This document shows, piece by piece, positions 27,701 through 37,000 of a stretch of DNA of 64,000 nt (positions within the stretch are counted from its first letter, which is position 1; the number at the start of each line of letters is the position of its first letter). The translations under genes and the position numbers were made by a program. Source of the DNA: a virus (Duplodnaviria > Caudoviricetes). The stretch covers positions 27,921-91,920 of the IMG/VR virus record IMGVR_UViG_3300000727_000007; one strand, given 5' to 3'. The notes beneath the pieces are model-generated. The model was not told the DNA's origin. It did no database searches and saw only the letters and a list, made by a program, of their open reading frames with translations.

Positions 27701-28656
27701 ATGTTTTGGAATCCAATTGAAATACTTGAAGCTTCCGGTGATAAAACAGGGTAGTCCCCAAAAGTTCTTGGAATATAAGTCTTAAAGTATACATCAAACG
27801 ATTGTTTTACCCACACTTCTTCATCTTTTTCATTAAATTGAAGAGCGTATAAATCACCTGCAGAAAAATTTTTAGTTGCAGAGCATTGCATTGTGAAGTA
27901 ATTGTCATTATTATAAATTTCACTCATTCTAAACAAAATAACATATTGTTTATTTGCTTCTAGGGTATTGGATAATGGTATCATTGTTTTGAAAGGTTCA
28001 TATTGATACTGGTCTAATGCAGTATTTGAGATAGTAAATGTTTCAAGATAATTTTCATTGTCTCCATTTACCTCACGGAACTCACAAAGTATATCGGAAG
28101 AAGGATATCCCATTGGAGAACCTACCATAATTTCAATTAAATTTGTATCATAATTTGGAGTAAAATATTGTTTTAGTTCTTTATTACCGCTTGTTTTCCC
28201 AAAAGATACAGAATTACTATTATCTTCTTGAGACAATTTTGGGTTTAAACTGATATCAATTCCATCTAATAATATTTTTTCTGGTGTTATTTCTAATTTA
28301 CTACCTGCAGGTAAGTTTGTATCTATTATTAATCTTTTATCACCTGATGTTATTGTAATGGGACCTGTTATAGCATTTGGCGGAGTACAAAAGGTTGTAT
28401 CCTCAAATGTAAAGCTAGGCATTATAGGGTAACATTTATCAATTTCAATGTTAAAAGTTGTTCCATTATTTAATAAATCATTAGTCCCTACTATTTTTTC
28501 TGTTTTATGACTAGCCCATATTTTTACAGGTTGTTCAACATATCTTCTAAGTAGATTATTAAAACTAATAAGTTTTCTTTTGTCTTCTTCTATATGAAAA
28601 ACATTTAATATTCCATCTTCCCTGTTCCAATCAGGCATTCGTTGTTTAAGTCCCAT
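24721..28656 (-). CDS. large baseplate wedge/tail protein
   Basis: Directly follows baseplate J; contains an internally repeated beta-sandwich (S-F-G...Q...P...GxP). Confidence 0.6.
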   Translation of the reverse strand: MGLKQRMPDWNREDGILNVFHIEEDKRKLISFNNLLRRYVEQPVKIWASHKTEKIVGTNDLLNNGTTFNIEIDKCYPIMPSFTFEDTTFCTPPNAITGPITITSGDKRLIIDTNLPAGSKLEITPEKILLDGIDISLNPKLSQEDNSNSVSFGKTSGNKELKQYFTPNYDTNLIEIMVGSPMGYPSSDILCEFREVNGDNENYLETFTISNTALDQYQYEPFKTMIPLSNTLEANKQYVILFRMSEIYNNDNYFTMQCSATKNFSAGDLYALQFNEKDEEVWVKQSFDVYFKTYIPRTFGDYPVLSPEASSISIGFQNIVEKETCVPCIDPDDSDYAEEIAIPNTVMLTYEFDKVSLDQLHAKALADKLYPLKAFRLYKDDGSLIKGMKFIKEKKYVCYRMDIPAVDIDFHSLPQKFYVEVEWHFFDAVKKVGFPVSYAETDVKYKPNKALDVHAKDFSMFRQKYCTVVPYYKYAYTFPVGYPFEYEQDYWLEKRLSEEYTTRIEASNESEVGTNNSVILEDALDYEEDIPKDEIEPSNAIIDNNVFVNTVYIKDSNGNRIIKLDSDKPGLHNITISTYTDGTQDILALEETTLEKEYISEVYYFDEIRKFIRKINRESKLVTATYLNNPENGLCYEVQYLLTEGTYKRFGLIKSELYGYLGRIPQIKNMWEYIVFLDREDWDSKYWSGDLYVPGVFRADIPWPLPANFCVLTNDEINTILKKCKKLGTEGISSYAIKSGDLYLGNLSVNADDPTGVYEKEFDLKMKASAGEEGICKLQMGASVSYMEADMSLPEMKLNLKQNISVSSYVTALDAYTKDHFSNFAFNNIKTDSIGSKNILKIDTGVKSISNIANRAYSSNRDGGRHINSCYIHGHDDEIKWKNFGAINGAGAVKTIVSDATSYAETELLVMDNFNITNDIPDDCIITGLQVDLYIKTERSNLQKYGGSTFTCGTGGTCNCGERPASGPVINLNINTGGAYNSDYDNMYAANGSYIYKRKANASDEARIVSFGGPDDTWGKKLTKDTLGKLKVLMFMGHGMTNPEWHVRRDKEVAVAWCKVNVFFRQKTASIQTNRIKAIKDGSNSRWTKFQHSLAENVPKSCKLNYEIIKERIVFQQTTSNSYTSFGVADSKSIFQITKPGISSISGVTLYSSGVVGNPTDDVRISLCTLNPDLSPNEILDSFIVYDWSTGAKEINLDVRGLNTNHSYGILVERTGKLDNSNYYKISTAQNPEKTIVMVNGYVFWKKENNFALMHKIYTPYVIKSNLSSPDDLHGLEYSDIKIRGYLSTSNLYYSPKISRFRVFREAFYND

Positions 28657-28666
28657 CTATATACAC

Positions 28667-29785
28667 CTAACCTATATCTACATCTATCTCTAAGTTTATT
28701 TTTGTAACTTCTAAAACCTCATAAGGTTGTAAATCTACATTCCCTTCTATATCTTGAATTGCATCTGTTGCAATTGTAATAGTCGAATCATATAAATCTC
28801 TGTCTTTAAATTGTTGTAATAAATAATAGGATAATTTACTTAAGTATAATTTATTCCCTACACCGTTTTGTTCTATATATTCAAGAACGGCTGCTTCAAC
28901 ATCACTTTTTAGAGCATTGTACTCTTTTGGAGTTAATTGAGTGCTATTAATTACTTTTATAATAATAGTAATTTCTCCTCCAACATGTACTGCCTGCCCA
29001 CATTCTGTATAAATTCCTGCGGCTCTACTATCAGCAATTAAATCTTCTATTTCTCTCATTTGTTCATCGGACGCTGTATCTATAAATACAGCAAAACTTC
29101 CATAACCAAAAGCATGTTCAAGAACACAAAATTCTGGGGTCGTTAAACCAGAATTAATAAGAGTAAGTCTAATATGGTCAGTTGTACCTTTTTCCTGTGT
29201 ATATCTAGCACTCATTGCATTTGTTCGAACACTTTCAAGTGCTTCTGCGTCTTTACCTCCCCAAGATGGTTGTGGGTTATAACAAGTTACTCCTGTTATA
29301 TCAGATTCTATTTGGTCTAAGGAATATGCAGCGACTTTAGTTTGAGCTCCTGTTTCTAATGATCTTGCTCTTACAGTAACCAATTCTGCTGTTTTGTAAA
29401 GTATAACTCTTTCTACTGTTGAATATTGTATTGGAGGTGTATCTACTGTTTGAATTATTGTTCCAAATGGTATTACCGCATCATCGGTTCTATCGGCATT
29501 TTGCTCCCATACAAACCTCATAATAACATCAGAAGCACGAGCTAAACTTCTAGCATAAAATGGAGCCGCTAATTTTACTATATTATCAGCAAGTGTTGCA
29601 GTCTCTAAAAATCCTTCATTTTTATAATTATCTAATACTTTCTCCCAACCTTCCCAGTCTGCTGCGATAACTGAGAATAATAAACCTATTCTTAATTGAG
29701 GCATTCTAGTTGGGACGAGTTCTGTGGTTATTGCATTATTCCACAGAGAATCTAAAATCAAATCTCCTGATCTTGCCATTAACAT
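28667..29785 (-). CDS. baseplate J-like wedge protein
   Basis: FLETA..., IPFGTIIQT, NPQPSWGGKDAE...GT, RAAGI motifs. Confidence 0.85.
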   Translation of the reverse strand: MLMARSGDLILDSLWNNAITTELVPTRMPQLRIGLLFSVIAADWEGWEKVLDNYKNEGFLETATLADNIVKLAAPFYARSLARASDVIMRFVWEQNADRTDDAVIPFGTIIQTVDTPPIQYSTVERVILYKTAELVTVRARSLETGAQTKVAAYSLDQIESDITGVTCYNPQPSWGGKDAEALESVRTNAMSARYTQEKGTTDHIRLTLINSGLTTPEFCVLEHAFGYGSFAVFIDTASDEQMREIEDLIADSRAAGIYTECGQAVHVGGEITIIIKVINSTQLTPKEYNALKSDVEAAVLEYIEQNGVGNKLYLSKLSYYLLQQFKDRDLYDSTITIATDAIQDIEGNVDLQPYEVLEVTKINLEIDVDIG

Positions 29786-30174
29786 CCCCTCACAAAGTCT
29801 AAAGTTTCTAATACGACTCCATAAATTGTTTCTAATTGAATTTCTATATGTACAATCCCTTCACTTTCATCTAAGGTGGTACTAACAAAAGAGTTCCATA
29901 TTTCAGGATATTCTTGTGCTTTCTGTTGTATACAATCTGATACTTCTAATTCTAAATCTGTAGTCATAGGGTCTCCGATAATTCTTTTTAAATCGGAACC
30001 ATAATTTTCTTGACCAATACCATGACATTCACCTTTATTTGTTTTTAGTTCACCTATAAAGGCTTGTATTACAGCGTCTTGCTGTTCGCAAGTAACAACT
30101 TCACATCCACGAATCATTGAATATTCGAAATACCCCTCCGGAGCTCTTGTTTTGATATCTATTATTTTTGCCAT
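29779..30174 (-). CDS. baseplate wedge / sheath initiator (gp25/gp46-like)
   Basis: LKTNKGE....NYGSDL..IIG motif; precedes baseplate J. Confidence 0.7.
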   Translation of the reverse strand: MAKIIDIKTRAPEGYFEYSMIRGCEVVTCEQQDAVIQAFIGELKTNKGECHGIGQENYGSDLKRIIGDPMTTDLELEVSDCIQQKAQEYPEIWNSFVSTTLDESEGIVHIEIQLETIYGVVLETLDFVRGC

Positions 30175-30182
30175 TTTATCAC

Positions 30183-30356
30183 CTATGATACAGGTCCACT
30201 TTCCTCTACGCAATACATTCCAAATGCGACAGGGTTACTTTTAGGTAATTCAATTTCTTTTATTGGAGTATTTAAATCGTTCTGGTCAAAAATAAGGATT
30301 TTCGTATCTGTTAAAATACATAAATATTCACTATTATAATTAATTGGGTCTGCCAT
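30183..30356 (-). CDS. 57-aa protein, possible spike-tip or accessory subunit (not in ORF track)
   Basis: MADPINYNSEYLCILTDTKILIFDQNDLNTPIKEIELPKSNPVAFGMYCVEESGPVS; abuts both neighbours. Confidence 0.55.
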   Translation of the reverse strand: MADPINYNSEYLCILTDTKILIFDQNDLNTPIKEIELPKSNPVAFGMYCVEESGPVS

Positions 30357-31685
30357 TTAACCACCTGTGTTACTTCTACAACTTCTTCTAAATAAATCTA
30401 CAAAATTCCCTATATTATCTTTTACAGATACAAAACCTTCTTCTGGGGTATATCCATAAAGATTTCCATCTGTACCTAAATGGTATCCATCATAAGATTG
30501 AACCAATGATTTTTCTACGGTTTTAATCTCTTTTAGTCCTTCGACTATATTACGATCGACATCATATTTTAGTGAATATTCATGAGCCCCATTAATTGTA
30601 AATACAGTAACGGTTACTTCAGCGGACACATCAGGAATTGCTTCTATATATCCTGCGCCTGGGCCTCTAATAGGTGTTTCAGGAATATCTATTGTTGAAA
30701 AATTCCCATTATCAAGATTAAAAACGAGTGTTCCTCCTTTATCATTTTTATATACATTGGCTACTTGAACACCTAAATTAGCATAAACAACACATTTACA
30801 AGTATCTACAAATGTCCCATACTCTGCGCTATCTTTAGATGAATTAATAAAACCACCATATATCTTATCTCCCATTATATAATCTCCCCAAGAGAAAAAC
30901 TCTGTTACTGTGTTACCAGGGAAAGCATCTCTTATAGCCAATCCTCCTGAACCCATATCTACTTGATAAGCGCATCCGTCTGTTGCAAAGTATTGAGGGT
31001 CAGTAGGATTAATGGCTTTTATTCCAGATAATGGTATTGTATCAACCCATTCATCCGTTGCTAGATCGTAAACCTTTGCATTGTTTTCATATGAAACAAT
31101 AAAGTATCCTTTCATTGGCTGTATCCAAAAGTTACTACTTCCTCCGCCACAATTACCACCTTCAACACAAATTTTCTTACCATTAAGATAAGCCCAATCT
31201 CCTTTGACTTCTATCTTTGTATCTCCCTTTGTAACCGTAACTTGGTCATTGTGGGTTACAATCTTTGAGTCTCCTCTTTCGATAACTGTAGCACCTGGGG
31301 TTATATTTAGGTCATTATCAAATCCAACTATTTCCCATTTGAGAGTATCTTTAATAGCTTTACAAGAAACTTTTGTTGTTTCAGATATTTTGTAAACTCC
31401 ATTTTTCCAACTCCCATTTGGAGTTGTGATTACACTAAGTGTTCCTGACATTTTAGCATAAGCATTACTGTTTGTTTCAGGGAAATAAACTTTATAGTTA
31501 AAACCATCTATTTTTGTTGGGTCAATTTCTTTTAATTCTCCATGTCGGATACCAACAGGTGTATCACTTTTTCTATCTGGTTGATTTTCAATATCTTTCC
31601 CTACACCTGTACTATTATTTTTTTGATCCCCTAATATGTTTTTGAGGTCATTTGCTGCTTCTTGGGGTGTTCTAAAGTTACTCAT
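30357..31685 (-). CDS. baseplate central spike-like protein with C-terminal extra domain
   Basis: OB-like N-terminus, short beta repeats (GDSKIV/GDTKIE), Gly linker, beta-rich C-terminal domain; position after the hub. Confidence 0.55.
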   Translation of the reverse strand: MSNFRTPQEAANDLKNILGDQKNNSTGVGKDIENQPDRKSDTPVGIRHGELKEIDPTKIDGFNYKVYFPETNSNAYAKMSGTLSVITTPNGSWKNGVYKISETTKVSCKAIKDTLKWEIVGFDNDLNITPGATVIERGDSKIVTHNDQVTVTKGDTKIEVKGDWAYLNGKKICVEGGNCGGGSSNFWIQPMKGYFIVSYENNAKVYDLATDEWVDTIPLSGIKAINPTDPQYFATDGCAYQVDMGSGGLAIRDAFPGNTVTEFFSWGDYIMGDKIYGGFINSSKDSAEYGTFVDTCKCVVYANLGVQVANVYKNDKGGTLVFNLDNGNFSTIDIPETPIRGPGAGYIEAIPDVSAEVTVTVFTINGAHEYSLKYDVDRNIVEGLKEIKTVEKSLVQSYDGYHLGTDGNLYGYTPEEGFVSVKDNIGNFVDLFRRSCRSNTGG

Positions 31686-33328
31686 CTTTGCACTACCTTT
31701 ACATTTGTTTTTGCGGCTGGTGGCCAGTATCTTGTATCAAATTCAAACTTTTCATATTCAAAATCATTCCAAGTACTACCGTTTTGTAACTGTATATAAC
31801 GAGCTTTTTTGGATACTAAGCTAGGGTAATCATATTCAATAATTCTTACAATATAGCCTTTTCCAGTGAGTTTATCATATAAATAATCACTCATTGCAAA
31901 GGTATCTCCCATTTTCTTCTGGAACATACAAGCACCATCATGACAAACAAAATTAAAATCAAATTTAGAAGCTGTTTTTGCTATTTGTTCATATGTTTCT
32001 TCGCCTGGCAGTGTGCTGTTGTATAGGTCGTTTTGACTTAAAATAGCTGGGTACATTTTTAAACGTACGCTTGTTGTTGAAACACCAGGTATTATCTTAT
32101 GCTTTGTTGTTGCTATGTTTAATGGAACTTCTTTTGAAAAATAAGGTACTCTTATCCATTTTCCTGGCATATAAACTGGGTCTATGGGTAAATCGATATT
32201 TATATCTGACCTTAAATTTTTAAGTTGTTGTACTAACATGTTATTGGCTAATATTTGAGCAGAAGCCTTATCTAGTTCTTTTCTTAAGACTTTTATTCTT
32301 TGTTTTGTTGAGTCATCAGTGATTCCATTTAAGTCAGCACTAAGAGTTCCACTATTGTAAGTTACATCTACACCTTGTATTTTTGTAGCCAGTGTTTGTA
32401 ACGTATTTAAAGTGTCTTCTTTTACGTAATAGTTTGGAATTTGAATATCGGGATACGGGAACCCATTAAATTCTCTGATTATACAATCACCAACTGGGGT
32501 AATATAAAGGTATAGATTATTTGCTTCACAAATCTGCTTTAATTCACTTTCACATGTTGTTCCTGAAGCTGAGAATTTTGGTTTTGTTCCTGTTTTATCT
32601 CCTGGTATTGGGCCATAGGTTAATGTAAGCTGATAAAATGGATTTGAAACTTTTTCATATCCATCAATTCCACAATAATGAGCACTACATCCTCCTTTAT
32701 CTGGATCACAGTAATATTCCCCATCTATATATGATATTACGTATGGTTGTTTACATTTAGGACAATAATTTTTTACACTTGAAATATATGACATATCTGC
32801 ATATAAATTCAAACATTTTATACAAGAAGGGTGAAAAGCTCCAGTTACGGTTGTTGATGTATCTCCGATTATTACATCCGTATCTGGAGTTTCAAGAGCC
32901 CCATACTCTATAACGCTACTTCTATTTATCCGTTTTTCCAGAGTATAAACCGATACTTTGTCAAATATTGGATTATGCCCTGAATTTTTAACTAATTCTG
33001 TTACTACATCCTGTAATTCCTTTTCATTATATGTCCCAGCGAACGGAGTTTTAAATAATCTTCCGTTGTCTACAATATCAACACTTATTTCAGTGTTATC
33101 TCTAACTACATGTTTACAGATACCATTAAAAAGTGCATTCTCTGTTAATGTACCAGCACTAATTCTAACGGGTGCATTATCTTGAATTAAATCAGAATAA
33201 CTTGAACTAAAAGGCATTTTTAAAGTACCTAATCCAGCTAAATTATTCGAATCTTGCATATAAATAACTTGCCCTACCAAAAGCTCTGTTTGCCCGCTAA
33301 TTCCTATGTGAAAAGTTAATTGTGTCAT
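31682..33328 (-). CDS. baseplate hub protein with Cys-rich insert and degenerate transglutaminase-like C-terminal domain
   Basis: Hub-like LFNG/D/YITPxG/PGKW elements; PSC..C..NYCPKC..GEYYC..C..YC..G.EK insert; GDTFAMSDYLY..L..KG..VRII.Y. Confidence 0.65.
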   Translation of the reverse strand: MTQLTFHIGISGQTELLVGQVIYMQDSNNLAGLGTLKMPFSSSYSDLIQDNAPVRISAGTLTENALFNGICKHVVRDNTEISVDIVDNGRLFKTPFAGTYNEKELQDVVTELVKNSGHNPIFDKVSVYTLEKRINRSSVIEYGALETPDTDVIIGDTSTTVTGAFHPSCIKCLNLYADMSYISSVKNYCPKCKQPYVISYIDGEYYCDPDKGGCSAHYCGIDGYEKVSNPFYQLTLTYGPIPGDKTGTKPKFSASGTTCESELKQICEANNLYLYITPVGDCIIREFNGFPYPDIQIPNYYVKEDTLNTLQTLATKIQGVDVTYNSGTLSADLNGITDDSTKQRIKVLRKELDKASAQILANNMLVQQLKNLRSDINIDLPIDPVYMPGKWIRVPYFSKEVPLNIATTKHKIIPGVSTTSVRLKMYPAILSQNDLYNSTLPGEETYEQIAKTASKFDFNFVCHDGACMFQKKMGDTFAMSDYLYDKLTGKGYIVRIIEYDYPSLVSKKARYIQLQNGSTWNDFEYEKFEFDTRYWPPAAKTNVKVVQR

Positions 33329-33329
33329 T

Positions 33330-34040
33330 CTACCATCCTGCGCCTGGTTCTAAACTAAATGAATGTGCTGTATCTGTTCCTGGTGATGTCAGTGTTGACA
33401 TTTCCTTTACTCCAATCTGAAAAGTAGCTTCAGTTTGTCCTCCTTGCATTTTCATTTTTGAATTTGTTGTGTATCCCTGTAATGGTTTAAACATTGTTGA
33501 GGAACATATTACCTCAACATCATCTAAATCTCTTAAAAAATCCGCTCTTTTTTGATAATAGGCTTTTAATTCAGCAACACCTGCTAAACTGTCGATTCCA
33601 TATTGAACTGTTTGCCCAATAATATCAAATAAGTTTCCTCCACGCCTTAAAGCGTCAACCGGTCCAATTGGTAAATCAGCATCCCTTTGAGAAATTGTAG
33701 TGTTGAAAGTAATTTCCCTGTATGGTTCTGAATTTGTTTGAACCTGGCTGTTACCTCCAACACCATTGTATCCATCGGTTCCTTTACCGTGGTATGTCAA
33801 CTCAAGGTCATCTGCATAAAGAAGATAACCACCTCTTAGATAAGTAGCCATCTTTTGCCAATCTGACTCTCTTTCACGCGTATCATAATCTCCTCTTTTA
33901 CCAGCTATCCAATCAGTAATCTGTGAAGCTATAGGAGCCATTTCAGATAAAAAATCGTTTAAGTTTATAAGGTCTGCTGTCAGACCTTTACTGTCGTCAC
34001 TTGCTGCTACTATTTTTATTAAACCTCTCATTGTTGGCAT
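33330..34040 (-). CDS. tail tube initiator / distal tail-like protein
   Basis: Position directly after the tape measure; tube-like terminal strand. Confidence 0.5.
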   Translation of the reverse strand: MPTMRGLIKIVAASDDSKGLTADLINLNDFLSEMAPIASQITDWIAGKRGDYDTRERESDWQKMATYLRGGYLLYADDLELTYHGKGTDGYNGVGGNSQVQTNSEPYREITFNTTISQRDADLPIGPVDALRRGGNLFDIIGQTVQYGIDSLAGVAELKAYYQKRADFLRDLDDVEVICSSTMFKPLQGYTTNSKMKMQGGQTEATFQIGVKEMSTLTSPGTDTAHSFSLEPGAGW

Positions 34041-34042
34041 AT

Positions 34043-37000
34043 TTAATCCTCCAGTTTTCTTGCTAATTTTTCAAGTGCACTATATACAAACTGTTCAACG
34101 TCTTCTCCTGTCATTGCATAAATTGTAATAGCTCCATCCTCTATTATTAATTGTTTTCCACTACCGCCGTTTGCTGAAGCCATTGCAGCCCCAGTTTCTA
34201 CAGCTCGTTTTTTAAACAGGTCTGGGTCTAATTGAGGGAATTCGATTTTACCATTATCTGGGAAGTCTCCTGAGAAACCTTTGTAGATTTTTAATGGTGA
34301 TTGGAATTTACCTTTACCTTGACGGAATTTCATTTCTCTAGCTTGTGCAACTTGTCCCCATGGGGTCATGTTCCACATCCAGCCTAATAGACCTTTATCT
34401 TGTTTTTTGTTTTCTTCGTGCTGTTTTCTGATTTCGTCGGTTTGTGATTTTTGCCCAAAGACAAGTTCTCTTAATGGTCCCGCTAGCATTAATCCGATCG
34501 CACCGATTCCGATTGCAGCCCAACCTATTGGTCCAATTGCTGCAGCACCTGCAGCTAAAGCTCCTCCGGCTCCGGATAATAATCCTCCAGCCGCACCACC
34601 GATTCCAGCTAACGCTGTTCCTTCTGCGGCTCCTGCAAGAGCTCCTCCTGCACGTCCTAGGAATCCACCGGCAGCACCGACACCACTTTGGATTAATCCA
34701 CCAAATCCTTCTATACCTCTCATAGCTCCACTGCCGATATCAGCCATGAAGTCTACTGCTTTTGGTCCGTATTTTTGGTAATATTTGTTCCCGACTATTT
34801 TATCTCCTATTTTACCTAGGATTTTACTGTCGCCTTCACCGAATAAATCACTGATAACATCACCAAATTTTCCACCGCCTTCTTTTAATTTATCGCCGAT
34901 TTTAAGTTTTTTGTTGATATTTTTACCAATATTTTTAAGACCTGTATATAAATCCATATCTTCTGGAACCATTGAATCCCAGACATCTTTAAGGACAGGG
35001 GATACTTTATCTTTAGCTTTTTTATAGATATTTGGTAAAATGTCTCCTTCTTTGATAAAGTCTTTAGCTTTTTGTACCATTTTCTTAATACTTTCTTTAG
35101 CATTAGGGAATCCTAGCATTTCACCAAATTTATCAAATTGTCTTAATCCCCAATCTTTTACTGTATCAAGTCCTAGCATTTTAGCTATTTTACCTGCATT
35201 TTCGCTGTTAAAGATTCCTTTAGCTTTATCCCATAATTTTTCTGGGTCCATAAGTGTTTCCCAAGCTTTTTGCATGTCATTTTTAACTTTATCTAGACCT
35301 AATTTTTTACCTGCTTTACCTAAATCAGCTAAAATTTCCTTTTGTATTGTGCTTAAACCTAGGGTCTTATTAATTTTCTCAGCAAGTTCACTTCCTTTGA
35401 AGTTTGCTATTTTTTCTGATATGAAATCTTGTGCTTTAAAGATAGCTCCTTTTTCTGCTGGTTCTAAGTGGTGTCCCATTCTTGTAGGTTTTCCACCGAA
35501 TAACCAATCTTTTGCCATTCCACCAGCTTTATTTATTCCACCAAGTATTCCATTTTCTTTAAAGAACCCTAAGAAATCTCCTGCGTCTGCTGCCATAGCT
35601 TTCCCCATATCTTTGAATGGGAAATTCTTTAGTGATTGACCAGATGTATTTCTTAATATAAACTCTGCGCCAATTATTCCTGCTGCAATTGGAATAACAG
35701 TTTTTATAAGAGTTCGTATAAAGCTATCATTTGATTTAGCTTCATTTATTTTATCTTGCAGAGTTTTTTCTTCTGAAGGCATAGTTATTTTATTGTGTAT
35801 ATCTTCAACAGTTCCTTGTATTTTAGTCATTACTTGGTGTAATAAATCAGGACCTTTTTCTTTTTGGAATTTGCCTGTTCCTGCTGTTCTTCTTGGTGCT
35901 GGTGTAGCTCCGGCTGCTAATTCTTCATCAGTAGCTCCAGTATCAGTATCAACCATTGCAGATGTAGCTCCTTGGCTTCCTGCTCCTTTCATAGCGTTCA
36001 TTGCACCACTAACAACAGGCATTCCTCCTGTCATCATATCTCCCTGCATAGCAGCTTGATCCATCATACCGCCTAATGAAGATGTTGGTGATTGAACACC
36101 ACCTTGAGGAGCTCCAGATGCGTCAACTGAAGTTCCTTCTCCATTCATAGCTTGTTCTGTTTCTGTAGGTAAGGTTACTCCAGCATTACTAGTTGCTCCC
36201 ATTTGGAAAATGTCTTCATTTTTAAGTCCACCTTCCCCAAGTCCTGTTGCGACTTTTTTATATGGTAAGTCTGCCCCCGGAACATTTGATGATTGATCTG
36301 GAGTAAATAAGCTACCAATAAGTGGTAAACTACCTAAGAATGATTTTAACCCACTTGGTTCTCCTTCTTTATCTGGCATTTCACTACCAAGAGTTACATC
36401 GAAATTGCTTAGGTTTTTGCTTCTTTTTGCTTTGTTAGCGGCAACAATTCTAGCTGCATCTTCTGGTGTAAGTTCTTTGTATGGAAGTCCAGTGGTGGGT
36501 TCATAGTCTCCAGAAGCCATTTTAGCTTTCATAGCTTTATCTCTTTCGGAAGTTTCTCCTTCAGGATACCATGGTCGTCTGTGTCCTAATCCAAGTTTAT
36601 TTTTCTTTTCCCATGATTCTCTTGATTCTGGGAATGGATTAGGAGGTCCAGCTAACCATTTACTTGGTGAGGTTGTATATTGAAGCATTGCTCCTATAAA
36701 GTCAAGAATATAGTTAGTTTGATATATAGCATACAGTAATCCATTAGCCATTGAATTAACTGCATTTTTAATATCATCTATGTGTTTTATGGAATTCTGC
36801 ATTTCAGAAACCATGCTGTTTACACTTTGACTTATGTTTTCTGCACCAGGCTGTTGCCCTTCTTCTGTGGATGGGCTGTAAACATCTGGTCCTAATCCAA
36901 ATAATCTTAGAGGTAACATTATTGTTTCAGCTAAGGCTGCTATAGCACCTATTAATTTCATCATAACATTAGCTAATAACATTTCTGATGTTTTAAGTTG

